Both the position numbers and the translations under genes were made by a program. A stretch of DNA of 64,000 nucleotides, taken from positions 2,688,001 to 2,752,000 of the forward strand of contig CBDFLE010000006.1 in NCBI GenBank assembly GCA_965248925.1, given 5' to 3'. Positions 22,182 to 33,050 of this stretch are shown piece after piece (position 1 is the stretch's first letter; each line of letters begins with the position of its first letter). This DNA comes from Candidatus Multivoradales bacterium (GTDB lineage Bacteria > Acidobacteriota > Thermoanaerobaculia > Multivoradales > J023). Under the pieces are notes generated by a model. The model saw only the letters and a list, made by a program, of their open reading frames with translations. It ran no database searches and was not told where the DNA came from.

Positions 22182-23564
22182 ATGTCGATCAGTAGCCAAG
22201 ATGTGATGGACCGCATCGCTCGCGAGGAGTCTACCTATCTGGAAGAGCTCAAGGAATATCTCCGGATTCCCTCGATCTCGACCGATCCGGAGTATCGCGG
22301 AGAGGTCTTGCGCTGTGCTGATTGGGTGCTCCAGAAGATGTACGCGGCGGGCCTTGAAGCGCGTTTGATCAAAACCGCGGGTTACCCGTTGGTCTATGGT
22401 GAGTGGCTCGGCGCACCGGGTAAGCCAACGCTGCTGTTCTACGGCCACTACGATGTGCAGCCCCCCGATCCGCTGGAACTCTGGCGCAATCCGCCGTTCG
22501 AGCCGACCATAGAAGGCGATATTCTGGTGGCCCGTGGTGCCACCGACGACAAGGGTCAGTCTTTCGCTCACCTGAAGGCGGTCGCCGCCATCCTGGCCGA
22601 GCGCGGCTCGTTGCCGATCAATGTCAAATTCCTCATTGAGGGAGAAGAAGAGTCCGGTGGCGAAGCGATCGAGAGTTTTGTCGTCGAGGACGCAGGCAAA
22701 CTGCTGGCCTGTGACGCGGTCTACGTTTCAGACTCTTCGATGTACGCGCCTGGTCAGCCGTCGTTGGTCTACGGCCTCAAGGGCATGGCCTACGTCGAGC
22801 TCAAGGTCACCGGTCCCAACCGCGACTTGCACTCCGGCAGTTTCGGCGGTGCGGTGACCAACCCGCTCAATGCCTTGGGCGAGATCGTCGCCAAGCTGCG
22901 CGATCCACAGACTGGCAAGATCTTGATCCCCGGCTTCTACGACAAGGTGCGGCCGATCGCCGATTGGGAGCGCAAAGAATTCGCCAAGCTGCCCTTCGAT
23001 GCCGAAGCCTACCGCCAAGAGATCGGTGTCACTGAGCTGTTTGGCGAAGAGGGCTTTACTACTCTGGAGCGCACCTGGGCTCGCCCGACCTGTGATCTCA
23101 ACGGTATCTTCGGCGGCTACATGCAAGAAGGCGCCAAGACCATCTTGCCCTCGTGGGGCGGCGCCAAGGTATCGATGCGCCTGGTGCCGGATCAGGAAGC
23201 AGCCGAGATTTCGCGTCTGTTCGAAGACTACGTGCGCCAAATCGCACCACCGGGAGTCGTTGTCGAAGTCACCACCCACCATGGCGGCGACCCAGTGCTG
23301 GTCGATACCGACGGGCCGATTGTCGACGCTGCCTTGGCGGCGATGGAGGATATCTGGCAACGACCCCTGCGGGTGCGAGAAGGTGGATCGATACCGATCG
23401 TAACCACCTTCTCGCAGGTCTTGGGAGTGCCTATCCTCCTGCTCGGCTTCGGACTCTCCGACGATCGCCTGCATTCGCCCAATGAGAAATTTAATCTGAG
23501 CAACTTCTACGGTGGTATTCGCGCCATCGTCCGCACCCTGGATCGCCTGGGCGCCGCCAGCTGA
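22182..23564 (+). CDS. M20 family dipeptidase
   Basis: YGHYDVQP, RGATDDKGQ, EGEEESG, DLHSG, GGSIP, HSPNEK; start set at ATG 22182 after AAGGAG. Confidence 0.92.
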   Translation: MSISSQDVMDRIAREESTYLEELKEYLRIPSISTDPEYRGEVLRCADWVLQKMYAAGLEARLIKTAGYPLVYGEWLGAPGKPTLLFYGHYDVQPPDPLELWRNPPFEPTIEGDILVARGATDDKGQSFAHLKAVAAILAERGSLPINVKFLIEGEEESGGEAIESFVVEDAGKLLACDAVYVSDSSMYAPGQPSLVYGLKGMAYVELKVTGPNRDLHSGSFGGAVTNPLNALGEIVAKLRDPQTGKILIPGFYDKVRPIADWERKEFAKLPFDAEAYRQEIGVTELFGEEGFTTLERTWARPTCDLNGIFGGYMQEGAKTILPSWGGAKVSMRLVPDQEAAEISRLFEDYVRQIAPPGVVVEVTTHHGGDPVLVDTDGPIVDAALAAMEDIWQRPLRVREGGSIPIVTTFSQVLGVPILLLGFGLSDDRLHSPNEKFNLSNFYGGIRAIVRTLDRLGAAS

Positions 23565-23592
23565 TAGAGCATCCCTAGGGAGGATCAATCTC

Positions 23593-24156
23593 ATGAGTTC
23601 CACGGCGCCCGAGAGGGAGCTCAAATTTGCCAACGCTGACCACAGCGGCTTGCGAGAGCGATTGGTCGAGCTAGAAGCGGAGAGTCAGGGCTCGCCAGCG
23701 TTGGAGGATAACTGGGTGCTAGAAAGCAGCGATCGGCCGTTGGCGGAGGGGTATACGCTGCGCTTGCGGGTCGACCGACGAGGTGCTCAACTCACTCTCA
23801 ATGGGCCCGCCTCGTTCGAAGAACGGGTCAAGGTGAGCCAAGAACTGACCACCGGTATTAGCGATGTTGAGCAGACCCTCGCCTTGTTGGCCAAGCTCGG
23901 CTTCGAGCCGGCCCACCGATACCAGAAATATTGCGAAGAATGGCACCTCGGTTCGGTAGTGATCGCCCTCGACCACACGCCCATCGGTGATTTCGCGGAG
24001 TTTGCCGGCGCCGGCTGCGAGAGAGTGGCCAAACGCTGCGGTCTCGATCTGTCGACCGCTGAGCGTCGCAACTACCTTCGCCTCTATCGGGACTACCGCG
24101 CTAACCATCCGCAAGCCCTGCCCGATATGGTTTTCCCGCCAACAACGCGGCCGTGA
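23593..24156 (+). CDS. CYTH domain (class IV adenylate cyclase-like) protein
   Basis: ERELK (ExExK), LRLR, LDHTPIGDFAE. Confidence 0.82.
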   Translation: MSSTAPERELKFANADHSGLRERLVELEAESQGSPALEDNWVLESSDRPLAEGYTLRLRVDRRGAQLTLNGPASFEERVKVSQELTTGISDVEQTLALLAKLGFEPAHRYQKYCEEWHLGSVVIALDHTPIGDFAEFAGAGCERVAKRCGLDLSTAERRNYLRLYRDYRANHPQALPDMVFPPTTRP

Positions 24157-25205
24157 GCACCGCGTCGGTGGCTACCGCGGCGCCCAAGGCATTGGTGCTG
24201 GCGGCGGGTTTAGGAACCCGTCTCCGACCCCTTACCACTCGCCTGCCGAAACCACTGCTGCCGGTTTGCGGGCAGCCGGTGGCGGCACGAACATTGTCTA
24301 CCCTGGCTCGGGCAGGTTGTCGGGCGGTGGCCCTCAATCTTCACCATCAAGGCGAGTCGATCTGCAACTACTTCGGAGAACACCACGAAGGCATGGCGCT
24401 GACCTACTCCAGGGAACCGACTCTGCTCGGCACCCTCGGCGCGTTGCTGCCGCTGCGAGACTTCTTAGCCGATGCGTCGGCGATTCTGCTGGTAAATGGT
24501 GACGCCCTGTGTCGGTGGCCGTGGAAAGCGCTGCTCAAGCGCCATTTCAGTAGCGGCGCGGACGCCACACTCCTGCTCTCCCGTCACTTGGATGTAGATG
24601 GCTACGGTGGCGGAGTCGGGCGGGCCGCAAATGGCCGCATCGCCCAGCTGCGCGACGGCCAGCCAGTGGCTTCCGTCACCAGCCGTCATGTCTTTACAGG
24701 TGCCCACATCCTGTCACCGCGGCTGTTAGAACACCTGCGACCGGGCTTTGCCGACATCGTCGGTGATCTATACATGCCATTGCTGGCCGCGGGACGACCG
24801 CTCGAGAGCGTCCTCAGCTCTCGCCGTTGGCATGATTTGGGCACCCCGGCACGTTATTTGGCCGGTTGCCTCGACTGGCGCCGAGCTGGGCGGGTGGCCG
24901 CCGGTTGGCGTCGGAGCGGGGTTGCTCCATCGGCCCAGATCGCTGCCGGAGTGCGGCTTCGCCAAACGGTTATCGAAGCGGACTGCGAGATTGGCACTCG
25001 GGTCACGATCGAAGGATCGGTAGTACTCGCCGGTGCTCGTATAGCCGCCGGATCGCGCTTACTAAATTCACTCATCGGGCCGCAGGTGCAGCTGCCGAAG
25101 AGCCGCATCGAAGATCGCATGATCTGTCATCCAGCTGCCCATGAGCCTCTAGATGAAAAAGCAACTCTGCTGGGAGATCTGCTGTACATCCCCCTAGAGC
25201 GCTAG
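24153..25205 (+). CDS. NDP-sugar synthase / nucleotidyltransferase with C-terminal LbH repeats
   Basis: LAAGLGTRLRPLT..PKPLLPV, LGTLG, NGD, WHDLGTP. Confidence 0.88.
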   Translation: MSTASVATAAPKALVLAAGLGTRLRPLTTRLPKPLLPVCGQPVAARTLSTLARAGCRAVALNLHHQGESICNYFGEHHEGMALTYSREPTLLGTLGALLPLRDFLADASAILLVNGDALCRWPWKALLKRHFSSGADATLLLSRHLDVDGYGGGVGRAANGRIAQLRDGQPVASVTSRHVFTGAHILSPRLLEHLRPGFADIVGDLYMPLLAAGRPLESVLSSRRWHDLGTPARYLAGCLDWRRAGRVAAGWRRSGVAPSAQIAAGVRLRQTVIEADCEIGTRVTIEGSVVLAGARIAAGSRLLNSLIGPQVQLPKSRIEDRMICHPAAHEPLDEKATLLGDLLYIPLER

Positions 25206-25494
25206 GAGGTCGAGGCGGAACTCAGGTAGCCGGGCGAACCAGTCCAAAAGTGGCCAAAAGGGCAGAAGCGTCCCTAAAAAGGGACGTTTCTCGAAGGTCT
25301 CAGATGAGATCTCTTCTGCCGATAAGGTCTATCCTGGGTCAGAAGATGCCGTAGAATGGCGCATCGGAAGTGTTTTAGAAGTTGGTATCCACGTGTCGCA
25401 CGCATCTTGCAAACGGATACCGTGAGGCCTGACAGCTCGGTGGACGCCGCAGCCTCTCGATGCCGTCCTGGCCAGTTTTTTCGATTTCAAGGAG

Positions 25495-26754
25495 ATGAAA
25501 GACATGCAACGAGTCCTCCGCCCATCACTCATTGCCCTGCTGGCAGCGGTGACGGTCAGCAGTGCTGTGCTGGCTCAGGCCGCGGGACGTGTCCAGATCA
25601 ACGCCAAGGACACCACCGGCGCGCCACTCAAAGGGGTCAACGTCATCGTCACTAGCGATGAGATGCCCAAATTCTTTCTTGAGCGACAAACCAACAAGAA
25701 GGGCAAAGTGACCCTGACCTTCGTCGACGCCACCAAGCGCTATAACTTCGAATTCCAGTACGAAGACTACCCCTCGCAAGAAGCGGTCATCAAACCGCAG
25801 ATTGGCGGCGTGGTCGTGCGCGACATTACCCTCAACCGCAATGCCGAGGTCGGTGGTACGTTGACTGACGAAGTGCTCTTTTCGCCGTCCGAGAAGAAAT
25901 TCAACGAGGGTGTCGGCTTCCTGCAAGCCAAGGATTTTGCCAACGCCAAGGGACGCTTCCTCGAAGCCTTGGCGATGGACGCGGACATGTCGGCTGCGCA
26001 CTCGGCCATCGCCGCGGCGCAGATCCAACTCGGTGAGTACGATAGCGCCATTGCGTCGGCCAATCGCTATTTGGAACTCGAAGGTGATAACCCACGAGCC
26101 TACCGCCTGCTCTACGAGGCCTACAACGCCAAGGGCGACAAGGGACAGGCCGATGCTGCGCTGAAGAAACTCTCCAAATTGGACACCGCTGGCGATGCCG
26201 TGGCGCTGATCTACAACGAGGGTGTCGCCGCCTTCAGGGTCGGCGACTACGAAGCCGCCAAGACCAACTTTGAAAAGTCCCTCGAATTCAATCCCGAGCT
26301 ACCGCAGGCCCTATCGGCCTTGGCGCGGATCTATCTAGCGGATAAGAACTACGCCGGTTCGGCGGCGATGGCCGAGCGCCTATTGGCGGTCAATGCTGAT
26401 GATCTCGGCATCATGAAGATCCGCTACGACGCCTATCGCGGAGTCGGCGACGCGGCCAAGGAGAAAGAGGCCTTCGATGCGCTGGCGGCGGCAGATCCGA
26501 AGTTCCTGGCCGCGGATTTGTATAACAAGGGAGCCAAGCTCTTTGACGGTGGCGACGTAGCCGGTGCTCAAGAGGAATTCGAGCGGGTGCTGGAGATCGA
26601 CCCGATGCACCCCAAGGCGCACTACCGGCTAGCGCTTTGCTATGTCAACTCGGACCAAGCCGCCAAGGCCAAGGAGCATTTGCAGAAGTTCATCGAGTTG
26701 GCGCCCGAGGATGCCGAAGCGGCGGTCGCCAAGGACATGCTGGGCTTTCTGTAG
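25495..26754 (+). CDS. Secreted TPR protein with N-terminal carboxypeptidase-regulatory-like domain
   Basis: Signal peptide ending AVLA/Q, DTTGAPLKGV..TNKKG, multiple TPRs (YNEGV, AHYRLALCY). Confidence 0.8.
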   Translation: MKDMQRVLRPSLIALLAAVTVSSAVLAQAAGRVQINAKDTTGAPLKGVNVIVTSDEMPKFFLERQTNKKGKVTLTFVDATKRYNFEFQYEDYPSQEAVIKPQIGGVVVRDITLNRNAEVGGTLTDEVLFSPSEKKFNEGVGFLQAKDFANAKGRFLEALAMDADMSAAHSAIAAAQIQLGEYDSAIASANRYLELEGDNPRAYRLLYEAYNAKGDKGQADAALKKLSKLDTAGDAVALIYNEGVAAFRVGDYEAAKTNFEKSLEFNPELPQALSALARIYLADKNYAGSAAMAERLLAVNADDLGIMKIRYDAYRGVGDAAKEKEAFDALAAADPKFLAADLYNKGAKLFDGGDVAGAQEEFERVLEIDPMHPKAHYRLALCYVNSDQAAKAKEHLQKFIELAPEDAEAAVAKDMLGFL

Positions 26755-26762
26755 GACCTACC

Positions 26763-26811
26763 GGGCGGGGTGCTGACAGCCCCCGCCCCCTTCTCCTGCC
26801 GCAGTTTTTTT
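26763..26811 (+). terminator. GC-rich hairpin after the TPR gene, possible terminator
   Basis: GGGCGGGG(T)GCTG-A-CAGCCCCCGCCC; the T-run is about 15 nt downstream, so atypical. Confidence 0.4.
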
Positions 26812-26821
26812 CGCTACCTTC

Positions 26822-29296
26822 ATGGACAACGATCTGAGCAGCCGTCCGGTGGTAACGACCAGTTGGCGCCAGCGGCTGCTGCTGATCGGCTTTGGCTTGC
26901 TGGTGTGGGTCGTCTTCGTCTTGCTCGCCGAGGGCACGCTGAAGCAGCTCGGGGTCGGCGACCCCTATCTCCATGACGATCCTTTTGTCGGCTTTGTCGC
27001 TGGCCGCGACCTGTTCGAGTTGCGAGGAGATAGGTACCACACCCATCCCGACAAACTGGCCTTCTTCAACCCCCAGAGCTTCGCCGCCGCCAAACCGGCT
27101 AACAGCTACCGCATCTTCACCCTCGGCGGTTCGACCACCGCCGGCCGGCCGTACGATCACCGAGTCGCCTTTTCGAGTTGGTTGCAGATCTACCTCGAGG
27201 ACGCCGACCCGAGCCATCCCTGGGAAGTGATTAACGCTGGGGCCATTTCCTACGCCAGCTATCGGGTGGCGGTGTTGATGCAGGAACTGCTGCGCTACCA
27301 GCCCGACCTCTTGGTGGTCTACACCGGACACAACGAATTTCTCGAAGAGCGCAGCTATGCCGATATCGCGCATCGCCATCCGTTGCTCAAGAGAGTCCAG
27401 GCCTGGTTGACCGGCTGGCGCAGCTTCACCCTCGCCCGCCAAAGCTGGCTGGAATTCAGCGGCAATGGAAGCGCCGCCAAGCCTGGAAACCGTTTGCCGG
27501 CGGAGGTCAGTGCACGCCTGGACGGTTGGACCGGGGTCGATCAATACCACCGAGACGACCCGCTGCGCGCGGCGGTGCTAGAGCACTTCGAATTCAACCT
27601 GCGACGGATGAGCCGGTTAGCACGGGAGCATGGTGTCCAGCTGATCTTCATCAGGCCGATCGCCAACTTGCGGGACTTCTCACCGTTCAAGTCAGAACAC
27701 GGCAGCGGCGTCTCGGCCACCGACCGCGTCGCATTCCTCGTCCGTCTAGAGCGCGGCAAGACATTGCTCGATCAAGGCCAGCCGGCAGCGGCTGTCGCAT
27801 CACTGGCCGAGGCAGTAGCCATCGACGGCCAGTATGCCGAGGCCCACTATCGTCTCGGCCGAGCGCGACTGGCACTTGGCGAGCACCAGGCAGCCACCGC
27901 CAGCCTGCTGCTGGCCAATGAACTCGACATCGCACCGCTGCGTGCCCTGCAGCAGAGCGACCAGGTCTTGCGCCAGGTGTGTAAGCAAGAGCAAGTAACC
28001 CTGATCGACCTGCGAGCCCTACTCGAGCAAGAAAGTCTCGAGCGCAATGGCAACATCCTGCTCGGCGACGACTACCTCCTCGATCACGTACACCCTGATA
28101 TTCCGGTGCATAGTCAGCTTGCCGAGCTGCTTCTTGACGAGTTCGAACGGCAGCGAGTGCTACGACCGCGCAGCGAGTGGAACGATTCTCGTCGGCAGCA
28201 GCTCTACGCCGAGCATTTGGCGGGCCTGGACACGAGCTATTACGCTCGTCGAGATCTGAATCTGGCTAAGGTCTTAGGTTGGTCGGGCAAGATCGAGGAA
28301 GCGCGTGCGCCGCTCGAACGAGCTGCCGCCGCGTTGCCGGAGGAGCCCGAAGTTCATCTCAATCTCGGCATCGTCTATCAGCGTAGTGGCCAGTTCGAAG
28401 CTGCCGAACAGCGATTGCGGCGGGCGGTGGAACTTGCTCCCGAGATGCCTGAGGTCCATTTCAACCACGGTGTGGTCCTGGGTCGGCGCGGGCGCCTCGA
28501 AGAAGGTATCGCGGCACTGCAAGAAGCGCTCGCCCTTCGACCCGAGTACGGTGCAGCGCATTTCAATCTGGCAGTTCTACTGCGTCAGGCGGGTCGCTTG
28601 ACCGAGGCGGATCAACAGCTGACGCGAGCTCGGCAATTGCATCCCGGAACCACCGAGGTGCTGCGTGAAGCCGCCTTCCTTGCCCGCGACAGCGGCCGCT
28701 TGGAAGAGGCCACGGACTATCTTCGCCAAGTTCTGGCTCAGCGTCCGGCGGATCTCGAGAGCCGCGTGGCGCTGGCGGTGGTGCGGGCTCGCTCCGACGA
28801 TCTCGGGGCAGCCCGGCAGCTGCTCGAAGAAGTGTTGGAGCTGGATCCCCCGCACCTCGAAGCACGCTACAACCTGGCGCTGGTGGCAGCTCGCCAGGGG
28901 CGTGTCGAGGCAGCGACCACGGCTTACGAGGAACTTCTCGAACGAGTTCCCTGGCACGCTGGGGCGCTCAACAATTTGGCGCTGATCCATGCTGGCAAGG
29001 GACGTTCCGCGGCAGCCAAGGAACTCCTCTTGCGGGCCATCGACGCGGCTCCTGAATACGCCGCCGCACATTTCAATCTTGGGGTCGTTTTCGACCAGGC
29101 GGGCCAGCCGCAGGCGGCCATCGAGGCGATTGATCGGGCGTTGGAACTAGAGCCGGAGAATCCGCGCTTCAACCTGGCACGGGGTAGCTACTACTTGGCA
29201 GTGGGCGACTCTCACGGTGCCCGAGTCGCATTTGCCAAAGCTCAGGCCGGAGGCCTCGAAATACCCGCCGCGGCCCGTCGCCGACTGGGTCTATGA
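26822..29296 (+). CDS. Membrane-anchored SGNH/GDSL-like hydrolase domain fused to TPR repeats
   Basis: N-terminal TM; LGGSTT, INAG, YTGHNE, DHVHP blocks; long TPR array. Confidence 0.82.
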   Translation: MDNDLSSRPVVTTSWRQRLLLIGFGLLVWVVFVLLAEGTLKQLGVGDPYLHDDPFVGFVAGRDLFELRGDRYHTHPDKLAFFNPQSFAAAKPANSYRIFTLGGSTTAGRPYDHRVAFSSWLQIYLEDADPSHPWEVINAGAISYASYRVAVLMQELLRYQPDLLVVYTGHNEFLEERSYADIAHRHPLLKRVQAWLTGWRSFTLARQSWLEFSGNGSAAKPGNRLPAEVSARLDGWTGVDQYHRDDPLRAAVLEHFEFNLRRMSRLAREHGVQLIFIRPIANLRDFSPFKSEHGSGVSATDRVAFLVRLERGKTLLDQGQPAAAVASLAEAVAIDGQYAEAHYRLGRARLALGEHQAATASLLLANELDIAPLRALQQSDQVLRQVCKQEQVTLIDLRALLEQESLERNGNILLGDDYLLDHVHPDIPVHSQLAELLLDEFERQRVLRPRSEWNDSRRQQLYAEHLAGLDTSYYARRDLNLAKVLGWSGKIEEARAPLERAAAALPEEPEVHLNLGIVYQRSGQFEAAEQRLRRAVELAPEMPEVHFNHGVVLGRRGRLEEGIAALQEALALRPEYGAAHFNLAVLLRQAGRLTEADQQLTRARQLHPGTTEVLREAAFLARDSGRLEEATDYLRQVLAQRPADLESRVALAVVRARSDDLGAARQLLEEVLELDPPHLEARYNLALVAARQGRVEAATTAYEELLERVPWHAGALNNLALIHAGKGRSAAAKELLLRAIDAAPEYAAAHFNLGVVFDQAGQPQAAIEAIDRALELEPENPRFNLARGSYYLAVGDSHGARVAFAKAQAGGLEIPAAARRRLGL

Positions 29297-29312
29297 ACGA
29301 GCCGCCGCGCGG

Positions 29313-30497
29313 TCAGTAGTCGAGGTAGCCGCCGCGGGTGCGCACTCGCAGACCCGCCGCGCGCAAGCGAACAGTGACCTTGTGCCAAGAGCCATCATTG
29401 AGCGCATTGTCAGGGTAGTAGCCGAGAACATACTGCTCACGCAATTCGGCGAGAATCTCGCGAAAAGCAGCTTCAGCTTGGTCGATACTGGCCAGGGTGA
29501 CGATCCTGCCGCCGGTCTCCAGCACGGTGTCGATCAGCATGTCGTACTCAGCCCGATAACGTCTTGGGTTCTTCCACGACGAGAATCGCGACTGGCGACG
29601 TTCGTCGCCGGGGTCAGTGCGGATCCAATAGACCAGCGCGCGACTACGCCGGGCCAGCCAGCGAGCCTCGCGCATGCGCAAGGCGGAATGACTATCGATA
29701 CCGTCGGAGAGCAAGATCACCACCCGCCGTCCCTGCCGGGTCTCTAGTCGTTTGAGCGCCAGGTAGAAGTGGTCATTGAGAGCTGTACCGCCGTCGGCCG
29801 AGACCCCAGCCAAGCCAGCGAAGAGCTGTTCGGGGTCGTTGGAGAAAGGGGTCACATGAAGCAAGCGATCAGAAAAAAGGAAAAGTGCCGCGCTGTCGGA
29901 TTCCTTCATTCCCTTGATGAAGGAGGTGGCGCCGCGCAGGGCGTGCCTGAGCCGCGAGCCAACCATGCTCGCCGAAGCATCTACCAAGATGGCGGCGGTT
30001 AGCCGGACATCACCTCGGGCGAAGGTAATGGTCTGCTGTAGTGCCCCTTTGTCAACGATGGCGAAGTCTTCCTGATGGAGGTTCAGCACCCGACTCGAAC
30101 CTCTGGTGACGGTGATGTAGAGCTGTTGCAAAGACGCATCGACGGCTTCATTGACCGAGAAAGCCGGCGACACCACGAGGGCTTCGGCCATCTCGCCGTT
30201 GGCATCGTAGGCTCGAGCCTCGAAACGATGTTCGAGGTTTTTCTCGCCGACATCCACCCAAGCGCGGAAGGGTGGCTGGTCAAGGTCGGCGACAGTCTTG
30301 CCATCAACCATCAGCTCGACGCGAGCGACTTGGTTGGCGGGATAGACGTCTACAACCAACTCGAGTTCACCGAACTGAGGCTCGCCCGCTGTTGGTTGCG
30401 AAATAAAAATACCGATGGCTTCCTCGCCCGAGACTAGCGATCCGTAGATCAGCCCGATCAGAGCTAGCAGCCACCTGTTCTTAGCGAAAACAGTCAA
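29313..30497 (-). CDS. Secreted Ig-like + VWA domain protein
   Basis: Signal peptide, Ig-like VELMVDG..PPF, MIDAS DASAS, GGTALND, ILLSDG, LREQYVLGYYP. Confidence 0.85.
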   Translation of the reverse strand: MTVFAKNRWLLALIGLIYGSLVSGEEAIGIFISQPTAGEPQFGELELVVDVYPANQVARVELMVDGKTVADLDQPPFRAWVDVGEKNLEHRFEARAYDANGEMAEALVVSPAFSVNEAVDASLQQLYITVTRGSSRVLNLHQEDFAIVDKGALQQTITFARGDVRLTAAILVDASASMVGSRLRHALRGATSFIKGMKESDSAALFLFSDRLLHVTPFSNDPEQLFAGLAGVSADGGTALNDHFYLALKRLETRQGRRVVILLSDGIDSHSALRMREARWLARRSRALVYWIRTDPGDERRQSRFSSWKNPRRYRAEYDMLIDTVLETGGRIVTLASIDQAEAAFREILAELREQYVLGYYPDNALNDGSWHKVTVRLRAAGLRVRTRGGYLDY

Positions 30498-32746
30498 GGT
30501 GAGTTCCCTTCTGTGTTCCCGAGGGCATTGCGCAGGCTGCCGGCTCGTGCTTGAGCAGCATCGCCAAGTTCATGGCGACCTTGCTCGAGCGGAAGTGAAG
30601 GCCAGGTGTCGTAAGTGCGTCGAGCCGACGTTGTTGTTGTGGAGGTCAGAGTTTCGGTGGCGTCGGCGGCCTGCCGGTTGCGACCGAGGCGGTCATAGAC
30701 GTAAGCGAGCAGAACCTGGGTACTGTTCTGGCGGGGTGCGAACTCGGCCGCCCGCTCGAGGATGGTGGCGGCGTCTTCCAGCTGACCGCTTTCGATCATG
30801 CCGCGAGCAGCCTCTTGGCGGGCGAGAACCCGTACCCAGGTGGGCGAACGATCACCAGTCGCCTGTAGCAGGAGTTCATTGGCGCGGCTCCTATCGCCCA
30901 TCCGCCGCAAGTTGACCGCCAAGCGCAGCAAGCCCTCTCCATAGTTGGGTGAGACCTCAACTAGGTTCTCCAGATAGTGAGCGGCCTCGAGATAGTCGCC
31001 GAACTTCTCGTGGCTAGCAGCCAGCCCCACCAAGGCCGCCTCGTTGCGCGGGTCGAAGGACAGGGAGAGCTTGAACAGGCGCCGACTACCGGCCGGAAGG
31101 TTGGCTGCCTGCAGGTAGCCAGCCAAGTTCGCCAAAGCACGGGCAGCGGTGATTCGCGAGCCCTCGGTGCCGCCTCGCTCAGCATAGGTCATGGCGATTC
31201 GTTCGATCATCGTTCGGCTGTGAGAGACCAAGGAGAAGATATTCCGCTGCCGATAGGTGCGATAGAGCTCATCGTGCGCCATCAGGATCGGCAACAAGCT
31301 CTCGACGTCTCGATCCGCCAACTCTTCGACCACTGCCATTTCGGCCGCTTGGAGAGAGCCGATGGTGCCGCGAGAGCCTTCTTGCAGAACTTGTGATTCG
31401 AGAGCAAGAATAGCTGAGCGGCCGCTAGTCTGCGAATCCGAGCGCAGCTCGGCGAGGGCCAGACGGTATTTCTCCGCCAACTTGCGTCGGCGTCGGCGTT
31501 CGGCGCGTTTGCTGGGCTCGGCCGCCGGCTTGGCTTGTGGGGTGCTATTCACAGCCTTGGCTGCTACCACCCGGTCGGCCTTGTCTTCCTTTTCCCCAGA
31601 CAGAAGCCAACGCAAGTCAGTCCACAAGAGATCTCGTTCGCGAACCTGGCCACCGAGCAGCATGATGGGGATGCCCGGAGACTTCATTCCCTTGGTGTCA
31701 TCGGCCGTGTCATCGGTGAGTATCGTGCGTAGACGATAGGAACCGGGCTCGGCCTGGGGCGCAGTGAACTGGATGCGCCAACAGCCGGGCCCGCTCTGCC
31801 GACCACTGCAAGGCTCCAGCGAATCCAGGTTGGCCGCGGCGACCACAACCGACTCACTCATCGTAGAACCGTGAACCAGCTCGACCCGCGCCGCAGGGGT
31901 AACGGCGGGCGCGAGGGTTGGCAGGAAGAGAAAAGCTTCGGTCTTTCTGCCAGCAACCAAGACCGGCCGGGTGGCGGGACTGAGCGGCTCGCCGTCAGCG
32001 ATGAAGGGATAAGTTGCCTCGGTCATCGGCCCCTCGGTCTGCCACTCCCGCACCGGCATCCAGGCGTCGCGGTTTTGAGGACCGGGAAAAAGAGTGATGG
32101 GCGCACTACCGCGGGCAGAGAAATCCGGCACCTTCAAGCTCAATTCGCGCAAGGCAGCGGCTTTTGACTGGTAGTTGCGCACCAGCACTCTCAAGGTGTA
32201 CTCACCGGGTGGCAAGCGCAAGTGGCCGTAGAACTTCAGCCCACTCTGCCACACCAATTCGCCAAGCTGAGTGGTATCGACAACGAAGATATCCGCTAGA
32301 TAGTCAACCACCGCGGTTCCGGACAAGGCATAGGCGTAGATCTCTACTCGGGTATGCCGCGAGCGATTCACATCCATGAATGAGGCGCCATCGATCTCTA
32401 CGAAGAGCGCCACCTCCGCTTTGTCGGTGGTCTCACTTGGTAGGGGTGTGGCCAGAGCCTCGATCGAGAAATTGCCGCCGGGCTCACCGCGCAACACCAA
32501 GGTGGCCACCTCGCCCGTCAGGCCGCGAAGTCGGCGAGACTGAAACATCACCGGCCCGCGATCGAACGGACTGAGGAGGTCTACCTCGATCGCCGAACTC
32601 GCGGCCGGCGGTTCCTGCCGCGGCTCTTCCTGGGCCACCGTCGAGAAGCCAAGAGCGAGTAACAAGAGTAATCCACCGCTGATCGTCGTCGCTCGGGTGA
32701 TCGCAGAACCGAGCAAATCAGAGAATGGTGCGTCGCGTCGAGCCAT
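30494..32746 (-). CDS. Secreted hypothetical protein with C-terminal TPR repeats
   Basis: GGAGG before ATG 32746; signal peptide; beta-rich LPPGEYTLRVLVR segment; TPR-like helices; 4-nt overlap with the downstream VWA gene. Confidence 0.7.
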   Translation of the reverse strand: MARRDAPFSDLLGSAITRATTISGGLLLLLALGFSTVAQEEPRQEPPAASSAIEVDLLSPFDRGPVMFQSRRLRGLTGEVATLVLRGEPGGNFSIEALATPLPSETTDKAEVALFVEIDGASFMDVNRSRHTRVEIYAYALSGTAVVDYLADIFVVDTTQLGELVWQSGLKFYGHLRLPPGEYTLRVLVRNYQSKAAALRELSLKVPDFSARGSAPITLFPGPQNRDAWMPVREWQTEGPMTEATYPFIADGEPLSPATRPVLVAGRKTEAFLFLPTLAPAVTPAARVELVHGSTMSESVVVAAANLDSLEPCSGRQSGPGCWRIQFTAPQAEPGSYRLRTILTDDTADDTKGMKSPGIPIMLLGGQVRERDLLWTDLRWLLSGEKEDKADRVVAAKAVNSTPQAKPAAEPSKRAERRRRRKLAEKYRLALAELRSDSQTSGRSAILALESQVLQEGSRGTIGSLQAAEMAVVEELADRDVESLLPILMAHDELYRTYRQRNIFSLVSHSRTMIERIAMTYAERGGTEGSRITAARALANLAGYLQAANLPAGSRRLFKLSLSFDPRNEAALVGLAASHEKFGDYLEAAHYLENLVEVSPNYGEGLLRLAVNLRRMGDRSRANELLLQATGDRSPTWVRVLARQEAARGMIESGQLEDAATILERAAEFAPRQNSTQVLLAYVYDRLGRNRQAADATETLTSTTTTSARRTYDTWPSLPLEQGRHELGDAAQARAGSLRNALGNTEGNSP

Positions 32747-33050
32747 CAACACCTCCTAGCCGTGCTTGAAGTCGATACTTCATTGGATCCTGGTCGGGTC
32801 CTGAAGAGAGATAGCTGTTCTAGCAGGCAGCCGGGGGAGGCGGCTCTTGTCGCTGCAAGCCCCCGTCATACCCAGGCTGAGCAGCCCGCCTCCCGTGCAG
32901 CCTGCTACAAGATCCTGGACCTGTGCCTCCCGTGAGATTGAATGCTAGCCTACGGCGAGCCGTGCAGATAGACCACTCAACCCTCCGCAGGGCTATCTCG
33001 TCACCTCACCTGAGTGATCGTCTAGGTGACGGTCGTGGATATCGTCGGGA

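Noticed and set aside
25396-25411. sigma54-like TCGCAC-N5-TTGCA upstream of the TPR gene
   Set aside because: The invariant GG at -24 is replaced by CG; a sigma70-like TAGAAT lies nearby
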